Shown one piece after another: positions 1-8,406 of a DNA stretch of 41,548 nucleotides. The position numbers and the translations under genes were made by a program. The stretch is from a virus (lineage: Duplodnaviria > Caudoviricetes). The notes under the pieces were generated by a model, which searched no databases, had not been told where the DNA came from, and was given only the letters and a program-made list of their open reading frames with translations. The first letter of the stretch is position 1. Each line of letters starts with the position of its first letter. The DNA is taken from the IMG/VR virus record IMGVR_UViG_3300049049_000106, positions 1 through 41,548 of that record. One strand, given 5' to 3'.

Positions 1-127
1 TCCTGGCGTGGGCGCTCAGTCCGACCTCGAAAGCCGCCTGGCGAGCCTCCAGTTGCCTTCCGCGAGCATGGCCCCGGAAGTGAACAAGGCCGCGATTCAG
101 GCCCTCCGCGAATACATGGCCGACCTC
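1..127 (+). repeat. Terminal overlap, identical to 41422-41548
   Basis: Exact 127-bp match lying inside a CDS; typical circular-assembly overlap. Confidence 0.97.
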
Positions 128-211
128 AAGGCGGCCTACGACAACCTCGGCGGCTCGCAGCCTGCGAAGCCCGCTGCCCCTGCTGGCTGGTCCATCAAGG
201 CGATCCCCTAA
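1..211 (+). CDS. 3' part of the ejection protein that starts at 40310
   Basis: In frame with ATG 40310 across the overlap; ends ...AGWSIKAIP, abutting the next ATG at 212. Confidence 0.85.
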   Translation, partial: PGVGAQSDLESRLASLQLPSASMAPEVNKAAIQALREYMADLKAAYDNLGGSQPAKPAAPAGWSIKAIP

Positions 212-2086
212 ATGCCCCGCTACGAAATCACCGGCCCGGATGGCAAGCGGTACGAGGTCAACGCGCCCGATGGGGCCAGCGAGCAGGACGTGCTGGCCTA
301 TGTGCAGCAGAACGCCGGGAAGTCGGAGCCGGCCAAGGCCAAGCCGTTCGCAAACTCGGTCGGCCTTGTTCCTAAGCCCGGCCCTGGGTTCGACCCCACG
401 GAAGGAATGGGCCGAGGCCAGAAGTTCGTCGCGGGCGTGGGCAAGTCACTGGTGGACACCAAGCGCGGCGCTGTGCAGTTTGCCAAGGATTGGCGGCAGG
501 TTGCGCCCGGCGTGTTCCTCCCTGTCGCCATGACGGGCCGCGAGGAAGCCGACCGCATTGCGAAGCAGGACGCCCCGCTCACGGAAGGGTGGGGGTCGGG
601 GTTCGCTGGCAACGCCCTCGGCACCATCGCGCAGCTTGTCGGCCCCGGAGGACTTGCGAAGCTCGGCACGAAGGTGACCGGCGCGGCTCCGCGCGTTGTC
701 TCGGGGCTGGAGGCGCTGTATTCGGCGGCCGTCCCGACTACCGTTCGCGGCGGCGCTGTGCAGGGCGCAGCCCTTGGCGGTTTGCAGCCGGTGGGGACTG
801 GCGACTCGCGCGCGCTCAATACCGGGCTTGGCGGCCTGCTGGGCGGCGCGGGCACGGGTCTGCCGCAAGCCGCAGGCGCGGCCATTCGGGCGGTTCGTAG
901 CTCGCGTGTCACGCCGTCTGGCGTGGAGCGGCAGATTGCTCAGGTGTTGCGTGCCGAGGCAGACGATCCGGCCCGGCTCATGGCTCCCCAGCCCTCACAG
1001 ATTCCGGGCGTGCAGCGCACGCTGGCAGAGGAAACGCTGGACCCCGGCATTGCCCGCCTGGAGCGCAACGCGCGCAGCCAAGGCCGAGGCTGGGACATTC
1101 AGGACCGGGCCAACAATGCCGCCCGCGTGGGCGCGCTGGAAGCGTTTGCCGGCGACTCGGCAGCCCTTCGGGCCGCGCAGGCGCAGCGCGAGTCCGTGGC
1201 GGGGCCGCTGCGGCGTCAGGCCATGCAGGATGCGGGCGTGGATACCGCGCCGGTGCTTGCTGCCATTGAGGCGGGCATCCAGCAGAACGCCCCGCGTCGT
1301 GCTGTCGCCAGCGCATTGCGGGACGTGCAGGATTCGCTCTCCAAAGCCGATGGCTCGGTGCGCTCGCTGTATCAGGTGCGAAAGGACATTGGCGACCTGT
1401 TGTCGGGCAAGGCGGGCGCTGACAAGTCCTACGCCAAGGCTGCCAGCAAGGAGCTTATCCAGATTCGTGACTTGCTCGACCAGCAGATCGCGGCCAAGTC
1501 GCCCGCGTTCGGCCAGTATCTCGACGCCTTCCGCCAAGGCTCCAAGGCGGTTGACCGTATCAAGGTCGGCCAGCGACTCACGGGCAAGGCTTCGGGCGGC
1601 GCGGTACTGGATCCTGTCACCGGGAAACAGGTTCTCATGCCCGCATCGTTCTCGGCAGCGGCGCGTGACCTTGACGCAGTAGCGGCGAAGGCGACCGGGT
1701 TCCGCAAGGCACAGGCGGCCGATGTTCTGGAGCCGGCGGATCTGTCCACCATCCGCAACGTGCAAGACGACTTGGAGCGCCGCGCGTTCGCGGCCACGGC
1801 AGGCAGCGGCGGCAACTCGCAGACGTTTGAGCGCATGGCGCTGAATCAGCGCATGGCGGGTGGGATTGCCTCGCGGCTTCCCATCGTCGGCCGCGCGTTC
1901 GACTACTTGAACGAAGTGGGACAGGCCCGCTTGCAGGCCAGACTGTCAGAGGTCTTGGCGAACCCGGCTCAGGCTCGGGCGATCCTTGCCAAGCTCCCCG
2001 CGAATGACCGCCGGGTCTTGGAGACTGCTATCTCCCGCGCTGGCGGGTTGGCGGGCGGGGCCACTGTACCGGCCCTCACCGAATAG
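212..2086 (+). CDS. DNA ejection/injection protein (position of P22 gp16)
   Basis: 624 aa, Ala/Gly/Gln-rich; N-terminal YEITGPDGKRYEVNAPDGAS motif common in podovirus internal virion proteins; third of three ejection genes. Confidence 0.7.
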   Translation: MPRYEITGPDGKRYEVNAPDGASEQDVLAYVQQNAGKSEPAKAKPFANSVGLVPKPGPGFDPTEGMGRGQKFVAGVGKSLVDTKRGAVQFAKDWRQVAPGVFLPVAMTGREEADRIAKQDAPLTEGWGSGFAGNALGTIAQLVGPGGLAKLGTKVTGAAPRVVSGLEALYSAAVPTTVRGGAVQGAALGGLQPVGTGDSRALNTGLGGLLGGAGTGLPQAAGAAIRAVRSSRVTPSGVERQIAQVLRAEADDPARLMAPQPSQIPGVQRTLAEETLDPGIARLERNARSQGRGWDIQDRANNAARVGALEAFAGDSAALRAAQAQRESVAGPLRRQAMQDAGVDTAPVLAAIEAGIQQNAPRRAVASALRDVQDSLSKADGSVRSLYQVRKDIGDLLSGKAGADKSYAKAASKELIQIRDLLDQQIAAKSPAFGQYLDAFRQGSKAVDRIKVGQRLTGKASGGAVLDPVTGKQVLMPASFSAAARDLDAVAAKATGFRKAQAADVLEPADLSTIRNVQDDLERRAFAATAGSGGNSQTFERMALNQRMAGGIASRLPIVGRAFDYLNEVGQARLQARLSEVLANPAQARAILAKLPANDRRVLETAISRAGGLAGGATVPALTE

Positions 2087-2230
2087 CAGATCACGCCAGA
2101 GGAAGCGGGGCCAGAACACGCGCAGGACCGGGCGCATCAGGCGGGCAAAGATGGTGAGTAGGTAAAGCCCCGCCAGGACCAGCACCACGGCCACCGGCTT
2201 AAACAGAAGCGCCATAGCCCAATCAGGCAT
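1946..2230 (-). CDS. Small membrane protein (moron, possible superinfection exclusion)
   Basis: MPDWAMALLFKPVAVVLVLAGLYLLTIFARL hydrophobic N-terminus; extended -10-like TGCTAGAGT upstream on minus strand. Confidence 0.5.
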   Translation of the reverse strand: MPDWAMALLFKPVAVVLVLAGLYLLTIFARLMRPVLRVFWPRFLWRDLLFGEGRYSGPARQPASAGDSSLQDPAVIRGELGKDRPSLSRVRQDL

Positions 2231-2281
2231 TTCGTTACCCCGCCCGACCACCGGGCGCTTCCCACTCTAGCACACACCCCG

Positions 2282-2307
2282 GCCCCGCACTCGCGGGGCT
2301 TTTCTTT
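2282..2307 (+). terminator. Rho-independent terminator
   Basis: GCCCCGC-ACTC-GCGGGGC followed by TTTTCTTT. Confidence 0.85.
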
Positions 2308-2321
2308 GAGGACGCCAAGGA

Positions 2322-3149
2322 ATGGCCGGATTCAGGCTGCTGGACCAGAACACGCAATACCGCTTGGATGACGGCACGGTGGCCGCTGGCGGTGAGCTGC
2401 GGTTCTACGAGAACAATACGACCACGCCCAAGAACGTCTATGACGGCGCGGACCTGTCGCCCTCGCTCGGCTCCACGGTCACGCTGGACAGCGCGGGCCG
2501 CGCCGAGGATGACGTTTGGCTGGACGGCGTGTATCGCGTGCGCCTGTATGACGCGGACGGCGCGATGGTCTGGAGCCGCGATGACGTGCAGGGTCAGGAG
2601 GCGGGCGGCATTACCCCGCTTGACCCCGCAGACGGCAACGAGGACGACGTTTACTCCACGGACGGCACCACGGCTTCGTGGCGCGCTATCCGCGAAGTCC
2701 CCGACCCGACCGGCAATAGTGGCAAGTACCTCGGCACGGACGGCGAAGCAATTAGCTGGACGGCGTTTCCTGCGGCCACGGTTTACGACGAGGACACGCT
2801 CCCGGGCAGCTTCACGCAGGACAACGACGCCTCCGGCAGCTTCACCATCGGAAATATCCGCGTGGAGTGGGGCAACGATACCGCGCCCACGGCCGCGTCG
2901 GTGGTCACTACGAAGGCCGTCACCTTCCACACCGCGTTCAGCGGGACGCCCTACTACGTTGGCGTGACCCCCACGGCAGGCGGCGTGACCTCGGATACCC
3001 CGTCTGCGCGCTGCTCGGCGCAGGCGCTTTCGGCCAACTCCACGGGCTTCACGGCCTCGCTGTTCGCCGGTGCCGAGGACGAGGGCAACGGCTCAACCAA
3101 CATCACCTCCAGCGTTTCGTTCAACTGGATGGCGATTGGGCCGAAGTAA
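2322..3149 (+). CDS. Tail fibre/tailspike-type protein with N-terminal virion-binding domain and C-terminal gp53-like domain
   Basis: GGELRFYENNTTTPKNVY...VTLDSAGRA N-terminus typical of podovirus fibres; IRVEWG...VTFHTAFSGTP...FNWMAIG C-terminus. Confidence 0.7.
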   Translation: MAGFRLLDQNTQYRLDDGTVAAGGELRFYENNTTTPKNVYDGADLSPSLGSTVTLDSAGRAEDDVWLDGVYRVRLYDADGAMVWSRDDVQGQEAGGITPLDPADGNEDDVYSTDGTTASWRAIREVPDPTGNSGKYLGTDGEAISWTAFPAATVYDEDTLPGSFTQDNDASGSFTIGNIRVEWGNDTAPTAASVVTTKAVTFHTAFSGTPYYVGVTPTAGGVTSDTPSARCSAQALSANSTGFTASLFAGAEDEGNGSTNITSSVSFNWMAIGPK

Positions 3150-3436
3150 TGATCCAGCCCACTTGGCACGGCCCGCTGGTCAACCCGGACGGCACGCTCT
3201 CCAAGCCCCTAATTGACCTGTTGCGGGCGCTGGCGTCGGGCACCTCTAGCGCCGCCACGGCCACGGACCTAAGCGCCGTGGAGGACCGCCTGGACGCGCT
3301 GGAAAGCGGTTCGGGCGGCTCATCGGTCGCCCTCTACGCAGGCCCAAACATCACCATCACCGGCTCCGCTGAGGCGGGCTACACCATCACGGCGGCGACC
3401 GGCGATCCGCTGGCCGCGCAGATTTTCGGGAAGTAA
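3149..3436 (+). CDS. Small virion/tail protein (95 aa)
   Basis: TAATG coupling to the previous gene; short coiled coil; ends DPLAAQIFGK. Confidence 0.65.
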   Translation: MIQPTWHGPLVNPDGTLSKPLIDLLRALASGTSSAATATDLSAVEDRLDALESGSGGSSVALYAGPNITITGSAEAGYTITAATGDPLAAQIFGK

Positions 3437-3793
3437 ATGGCTACCTACTCGCGCCAACTGCTCAGCGGCTCCACCAACGGCAAGCCCATCAAGGTTGCGG
3501 CCACCGCGACCCCCGGAACCGCCGTACACACCGCGACCTCGGATAGCGGCTTCGATGAGGTCTATCTGTGGGTCACCAACACCTCCGGCGGCGCGGTTGC
3601 GCTCACGGTGGAGTTTGGCGGCGCGACGGACCCGGACTGCCTGATTGTGAAGGCGTATTCCATCCCCGCCAACTCCCCGCCCATCCCTGTTGTCACCGGG
3701 CAGGTGCTTAACGGCGGCCTGACGGTCAAGGCGTTTGCCGCCAGCGCAAACGTGCTTCTGCTGTCCGGTTACGTGAACCGCATCAACAACTAA
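3437..3793 (+). CDS. Tail-associated beta-rich structural protein (118 aa)
   Basis: Abuts neighbouring genes; Thr/Ala/Val-rich beta pattern. Confidence 0.65.
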   Translation: MATYSRQLLSGSTNGKPIKVAATATPGTAVHTATSDSGFDEVYLWVTNTSGGAVALTVEFGGATDPDCLIVKAYSIPANSPPIPVVTGQVLNGGLTVKAFAASANVLLLSGYVNRINN

Positions 3794-4611
3794 TGCACGT
3801 CTATCCCTTCAAGGATGAAGGCTCCGACCGCATCCGGTCGCAGGTATTCGACAAGCGCGCGGCGACGGAAGCGCCGGCATCCAGCACTTCCGGCCAATCC
3901 GCCATCCAGTTCAAGGACGAGGGCAGCAACCTCGGCTCATCCGGTGGCGTGACCTCCGTGGACTTCGTGGGCGCGGGTGTCACCGCGACCGAAACGGGCG
4001 GGGCGGTGACGGTCACCATCGCGGGCGGCGGCGCATCCGTCCCCACGGTCACGCTGGATTCCGCGAACAAGCACGCGGACCTCACGCTGTCCGGCGGTGA
4101 CCTCACCGTGACCAAATCCGCCGCAGGCTCGGCCCATCGCATGGTGCGCGGCACGCTCGGCAAGTTCAGCGGGAAGTGGTACTTCGAGGTCCGGGTGAAC
4201 ACCGATACCCCCGGCTCTCGGCTGTATTTCGTGGGCTTGTCGGACGTGGACGATCCGCTGACCAACCACGTAGGCCAGTCGGCCCTGAGCGTGGGCATCT
4301 ACGGCAACGCGGGCGAGGTGTACCGCAGCGCCGGCAGCGCGGGCAGCTTCGGCAGCTACACCGTGGGCGACGTGATTGGCGTGGCCTACTGCGCGGACTC
4401 GGGGAAGGTGTGGTTTGCCAAGAACAACACTTGGCTCAACTCGGGCGACCCGGCGAACGACAAGGCCCGGATGCTGGCCGACAACAAAGCGGGCTGGCGA
4501 CCGGCCATCAGCATCTACGAGGGCAGCTCCGGCGTTTCGCTGACCGCGCGATTCAAGACCTCGGACTTTTCCTACACGCCGCCGACCGGCTTTAGTGCGT
4601 GGGGCACCTGA
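3793..4611 (+). CDS. SPRY/B30.2-domain tail protein, candidate receptor-binding protein
   Basis: GKWYFEV, VGDVIGVAY, GKVWFAKNNTW, WRPAIS and PPTGF SPRY motifs. Confidence 0.8.
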   Translation: MHVYPFKDEGSDRIRSQVFDKRAATEAPASSTSGQSAIQFKDEGSNLGSSGGVTSVDFVGAGVTATETGGAVTVTIAGGGASVPTVTLDSANKHADLTLSGGDLTVTKSAAGSAHRMVRGTLGKFSGKWYFEVRVNTDTPGSRLYFVGLSDVDDPLTNHVGQSALSVGIYGNAGEVYRSAGSAGSFGSYTVGDVIGVAYCADSGKVWFAKNNTWLNSGDPANDKARMLADNKAGWRPAISIYEGSSGVSLTARFKTSDFSYTPPTGFSAWGT

Positions 4612-4967
4612 TGACCGCCGACGAATACCGCTTGAGCTTGAGTTACCTGCGCCCCGGAGCCGAGTTCAGCGCCAACGGGGATCACTGGTCGCTGGTGGTG
4701 TGGACCGACCCCAGCCCGCAGCCCACGGAAGCCGAGTGCGTCGCGGCGCTACCGCTCGCGCAAGCGCAGGCCGAGGCCGATGCCACCAACGCCAGCATCC
4801 GCGCCCAGCTCGACGCCCTCGACGCCCGCTACGGGGTCCGGGCGCTGACCGAGGCCATGGACGGCGACACGACCCGGCTGGACTGGCTCAAGGCCGAAAA
4901 GGCGAAGCTGCGGGCACAGTTCGTCGGGGTCAGCGAGGCGGGGATAGCCCCGCCCGCGGAAGCCTAA
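4611..4967 (+). CDS. Tail-fibre chaperone-like protein (XkdW-like N-terminus)
   Basis: TGATG coupling; YLRPGAEF...W...PQPTEAE motif followed by coiled coil. Confidence 0.55.
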   Translation: MTADEYRLSLSYLRPGAEFSANGDHWSLVVWTDPSPQPTEAECVAALPLAQAQAEADATNASIRAQLDALDARYGVRALTEAMDGDTTRLDWLKAEKAKLRAQFVGVSEAGIAPPAEA

Positions 4968-5113
4968 AACGGCGGCTCCCACCCCTTCGGCAGCGGGTCG
5001 GTCTTGCGCTTGCGGCGTCGGCGCTTGGTCAGGGCTTCCCGCGCCACCCGCTCGGCCTGCTGGCGCTGGCGGTAGGGGCGGGACAGATCGGGGGTGGTGA
5101 GGTGGTAGCGCAT
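4964..5113 (-). CDS. 49-aa Arg/Lys-rich peptide (not in ORF track)
   Basis: Hand translation MRYHLTTPDLSRPYRQRQQAERVAREALTKRRRRKRKTDPLPKGWEPPF; fills the gap next to attP. Confidence 0.5.
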   Translation of the reverse strand: MRYHLTTPDLSRPYRQRQQAERVAREALTKRRRRKRKTDPLPKGWEPPF

Positions 5114-5170
5114 GGAAAGAGTGTGCGCTGGGGCCGTCTCGGGGGCTAAGAATCGGCCCAGCCCGTCACC

Positions 5171-5363
5171 ATTCCGGCAAGCACCCCTGAGAAGGCTCTA
5201 CGGCGCGGGGTCTTGGTACCGGTGATAGGACGGGCCGCATCCCCACACACAACCGCGCATCGCCGCAATGGCCCGCGCTATACCGCTTTACGTCTCCGCC
5301 GGTTCAGGCCATCCCCACCCAAGACCACGCAATCCCGTTAGCATTCCGGCACAGATTCCGGCA
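5171..5363 (+). repeat. Putative integrase arm-type sites
   Basis: ATTCCGGCA at 5171, 5343 and 5355, flanking the core. Confidence 0.65.
5214..5230 (-). other. Putative attP core, equal to the 3' end of a tRNA (probably tRNA-Thr)
   Basis: Minus strand TCCTATCACCGGTACCA = T-stem 3' strand + acceptor strand + ACCA; lies upstream of int. Confidence 0.7.
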
Positions 5364-5373
5364 GGGGACGGGC

Positions 5374-6330
5374 GTGGCTCACTTCCGCAAGCGCAGCGGC
5401 GGCTGGTCGGTGGAACTCTACCGCAACGGGCAGCGCGAGCACGCCACCTTTCGCACCAAGGCTGAGGCCGTCCAGTGGGCGCACCAGCGCGAGGCGGAGC
5501 TGACCGGGGCGAAGCTGCCCGATCACACGCTAGACGATGCGCTGAACCGCTACGCGCGGGAGATTGCGCCCAAGCTGGGCGGGGCGCGGTGGGCGGCCAC
5601 CAAGATTGCGAACCTGCGGGCCTATGCGCTCGCCAGGAAGCCACTGGCGTCCATCGCCGGGGCCGACATAGCCGCATGGCGTGACGCGCGCCTGGAGTCC
5701 GTCCAGCCCGCCACGGTGAACCGGGAACTCAACCTCCTGCGTTCGGTGCTGGAGGCCGCCCGGCGCGATTGGGGCTGGCTGCGCGTGAACCCGATGGCGG
5801 ACGTGAAGCGGCCCAAGAATCCCCCGAGCCGGAAGCGCCGCATCCCACAGCGAGAGATTGAGGCCGTGGTGGCGGGGCTGGGCTACCGGGGCGGGGAGCC
5901 GGTGACCGCCTCGCAGCGGGTCGCGCTGGCGTTCCTGTTCGCGTTGGAGACTGGTATGCGCGGGGGCGAGATTGTCGGCCTGCGCCGGGAGCATGTGGGC
6001 GAGCTATCCGTGCTGCTGCCCAAGACCAAGAATGGCGATTCGCGCCGGGTGCCGCTGTCCACGCGGGCGCGGGAGATACTGGCGCTGCTCGACGGCGATC
6101 CGGTGTTCGGGCTGAACTCGGCGCAAAAGGACGCGCTATTCCGGGCGGGACGCAAGCGGGCCGGGGTGGAGGATTTGCACTTCCACGACTCCCGCGCGGA
6201 GGCGATCTATCGCCTGTCCAAGAAGCTCGACGTGATGGAACTGGCCCGCATGATCGGCCACCGCAACATCGCCTCACTCATGTGGTACTACGACGCGACC
6301 GCCGACGAACTGGCGGCAAAACTGGGGTAA
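5374..6330 (+). CDS. int: Tyrosine integrase
   Basis: ETGMRGGE (R), KTKNG (K), FHDSR (HxxR), IGH, YY catalytic set; TVNREL core-binding motif. Confidence 0.95.
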   Translation: MAHFRKRSGGWSVELYRNGQREHATFRTKAEAVQWAHQREAELTGAKLPDHTLDDALNRYAREIAPKLGGARWAATKIANLRAYALARKPLASIAGADIAAWRDARLESVQPATVNRELNLLRSVLEAARRDWGWLRVNPMADVKRPKNPPSRKRRIPQREIEAVVAGLGYRGGEPVTASQRVALAFLFALETGMRGGEIVGLRREHVGELSVLLPKTKNGDSRRVPLSTRAREILALLDGDPVFGLNSAQKDALFRAGRKRAGVEDLHFHDSRAEAIYRLSKKLDVMELARMIGHRNIASLMWYYDATADELAAKLG

Positions 6331-6502
6331 GGTCCCGGTACTCCAACACCCGCCACTCGGCCCACAGCAGGGGCCGCAGCTTCACCGGATGCGGGAAGCC
6401 GGGGCGCTTGCACACGCGGTCCACCAGATGCCGCTCGCTGCACCCGAACAGGGCGGCGGCTTCGCTGGCATTCACCAGCCGCTCGGACTTGACGGCGCTC
6501 AT
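6278..6502 (-). CDS. Excisionase / AlpA-type winged HTH
   Basis: LVNASEAAALFGCS...PGFPHPVKL...W motif; last gene of the left operon, convergent with int. Confidence 0.75.
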   Translation of the reverse strand: MSAVKSERLVNASEAAALFGCSERHLVDRVCKRPGFPHPVKLRPLLWAEWRVLEYRDLTPVLPPVRRRSRRSTT

Positions 6503-6696
6503 ATTCGCCTCCGCGCAGCTTCCAGCCGCGCCTCATTGATTGCGTCCAGTCGGGCCGGGATCCATTCCTCCCCGCAGGCAGAGCAGCGCAGGAATAGCTG
6601 CGCGTAACTGACCGAATGAATTTGCACGACGCCCTCGCGCGTGTCCTGCGGGCACTCCTGCTCGCAATTCGGGCAAGTGGTCTCGACGGCGCTCAT
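6499..6696 (-). CDS. Stand-alone zinc-ribbon protein (YgiT/MqsA N-terminal type)
   Basis: CPNC...RCSACGEEW followed by a helix. Confidence 0.55.
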   Translation of the reverse strand: MSAVETTCPNCEQECPQDTREGVVQIHSVSYAQLFLRCSACGEEWIPARLDAINEARLEAARRRI

Positions 6697-6944
6697 TCCG
6701 GCAACTTCCTTTCAAACTCCCCGCACGAATCCATCCAGCCAACGCGCGGCCATTCGTAATCCCCGGTCGGGGCGCGGCGCGTACAGCGGAAGCTGCCCGC
6801 GCTCGGGTTTGGCGCGCGATACCAAATGCAGTTCTGACAGATGCGGGCGTTGGCTTCCTTTTCCTTACGCAGCGCCCAATAGTCGCGGGCTAAGCTTTCG
6901 CGCTCGGCCTCGGCTTGTGCAAGGCGCTCGGCAATGTCGCTCAT
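6693..6944 (-). CDS. Hypothetical Cys-containing protein (83 aa)
   Basis: ATGA coupling; CQNCIWY...C.RRAP...WPRV...CGEF motif. Confidence 0.6.
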   Translation of the reverse strand: MSDIAERLAQAEAERESLARDYWALRKEKEANARICQNCIWYRAPNPSAGSFRCTRRAPTGDYEWPRVGWMDSCGEFERKLPE

Positions 6945-7072
6945 TCTTTCCTCTCCCGCTTCCGTTGTTCCTTCATCGCCACCGCGATCATCAGGAAAAT
7001 GGGTGACACAGCCACCAGCAGCCCAACGGCCAAGAGCAGGGCGGGACCGGCGTAGGTGAAGTGGAAGGTCAT
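6941..7072 (-). CDS. Small membrane protein (43 aa)
   Basis: One hydrophobic segment and basic tail; coupled. Confidence 0.55.
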   Translation of the reverse strand: MTFHFTYAGPALLLAVGLLVAVSPIFLMIAVAMKEQRKRERKE

Positions 7073-7266
7073 GGCGCACCCGCCCGCTTCCACAGCCAGC
7101 GATTGCGCCGCCTGCGATTGAGGTCCGCCATCGTCCACGCCAGCACCCTGTCAATCACTCGGGTTTGCATGCCGCTGGATGCCATGCCTCGCGCGACCGC
7201 TTCAAGGCCGCCAAGCACGCGCCTTTCCTCGTCGGTCAGCGGGTCCATCAGCTTCACGATAGCCAT
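7069..7266 (-). CDS. Hypothetical protein (65 aa)
   Basis: Coupled; RBS GGAGG. Confidence 0.55.
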   Translation of the reverse strand: MAIVKLMDPLTDEERRVLGGLEAVARGMASSGMQTRVIDRVLAWTMADLNRRRRNRWLWKRAGAP

Positions 7267-7427
7267 CACGCCTCCCCCGGTTTCACGACTTCCTCGCGCC
7301 CGCTGCCGTCGCCGTAGATGCGTTCGCACCACGGGCATCCTGCAATCTGCGCGGCCTGCGCTTCGTCGCCAGTCAGAGAGCAACGCGGCGGGCCTTGGCA
7401 GGCGATGATGGTGTATCCGTCGTCCAT
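7266..7427 (-). CDS. Hypothetical Cys-rich protein (53 aa, not in track)
   Basis: MDDGYTIIACQGPPRC...CPWCERI; RBS GGAGG; coupled to next gene. Confidence 0.55.
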   Translation of the reverse strand: MDDGYTIIACQGPPRCSLTGDEAQAAQIAGCPWCERIYGDGSGREEVVKPGEA

Positions 7428-7429
7428 GG

Positions 7430-7867
7430 CTATTCCTCCGTCCGCGCAAGCGCATCCAAAATCCTATCCTCCAGCGCCTTCGGCAAGTGGAGCTGTGCGT
7501 CATTGATAGCGGCTCGCAAATCCCACCTGGCCTTCATGTGCGCGTGGTGCCTGTCGAACCGAAGTTCTGCTTGCGACTTTTGCCGCTCGCCGCACAGCCC
7601 AAGGGAGTGCAGGTATCCGCGCACATGCGCCCACTTGCTGTCGCACATGCCGTCCACGTTGCTGAAGTAGTGGTCCAGCGCCAGCACGCAATCCCCGAAG
7701 TTCAGTGGCGGCGTCGGGATTGTGCCGAGCGCCGCGCGCTCCTTCAGCGCCGCAACCTCAGCCTCAAGCAGGCCGATCAGGTCGGCCACGCCGCCAAATC
7801 CTGCGGACCGGAGGTGGCCCAGTGGGTGATCAAGGTCGTTGCCTTCATCGTCCAGATTCCTGCTCAT
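7430..7867 (-). CDS. Hypothetical protein (145 aa)
   Basis: TGATG coupling; RBS. Confidence 0.6.
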   Translation of the reverse strand: MSRNLDDEGNDLDHPLGHLRSAGFGGVADLIGLLEAEVAALKERAALGTIPTPPLNFGDCVLALDHYFSNVDGMCDSKWAHVRGYLHSLGLCGERQKSQAELRFDRHHAHMKARWDLRAAINDAQLHLPKALEDRILDALARTEE

Positions 7868-8406
7868 CACTTGCCCTCCTTGCATTCGTGGTCGGTTGGT
7901 CCGCCATTCCAAAGCTCGCCGCATTTCAGACAGCCGTAGTTCTCACCCCCACCCACCCCAGCGGCCAGTGCTGCGCGCAGCTCTGCGATGCTCTCGGCGG
8001 CCAGCAATTCGGAGATGACCTCCGCCACGGGCCGCCCGTTGTGGTTCACGCCGTCGAAATCCCCGAACACCGCCGCCGTTTTCAGCAGCGCGATCAAGCC
8101 CTCGACGGCCTCGGTAGCATCCGCCCTCAACCTCCCCGCATCCGCCTCGGCGGCCTCGCAGCGTTGACGGAGTTTGCGGACTGCCTCGGCCTGCGGGCTG
8201 TCCCACTTGCCTGCATAGGCCCCGGTTCGCGTCAAGTCAGGATTCGGGTGGGATGCGGCCACGCCACAGGTAATGCACTTGTGCGTGAGCAGCGCCACCT
8301 CCGCCTCCAACTCAGCAACGCGCCGGGCGTGGTCGGTGTAGCGGACCCATTCGCCTTCGCCTGCCTCGCGGTAGGCGTTGACCTCGTACCTCTGCACCTC
8401 ACTCAC
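7867..8406 (-). CDS. Ead/Ea22-like early protein
   Basis: GEWVRYTDH...ELEAEV coiled-coil motif; RBS AAGGAGG before GTG. Confidence 0.55.
   Translation of the reverse strand: MSEVQRYEVNAYREAGEGEWVRYTDHARRVAELEAEVALLTHKCITCGVAASHPNPDLTRTGAYAGKWDSPQAEAVRKLRQRCEAAEADAGRLRADATEAVEGLIALLKTAAVFGDFDGVNHNGRPVAEVISELLAAESIAELRAALAAGVGGGENYGCLKCGELWNGGPTDHECKEGK

Noticed and set aside
1-127. Biological direct terminal repeat
   Set aside because: It lies mid-gene and 127 is a common assembler k-mer size; better explained as a circularisation overlap
2322-4967. Diversity-generating retroelement or invertible tail cassette
   Set aside because: No reverse transcriptase, template/variable repeat pair, invertase or inverted sites seen
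5214-5230. Complete tRNA gene
   Set aside because: Only the last 17 nt are tRNA-like
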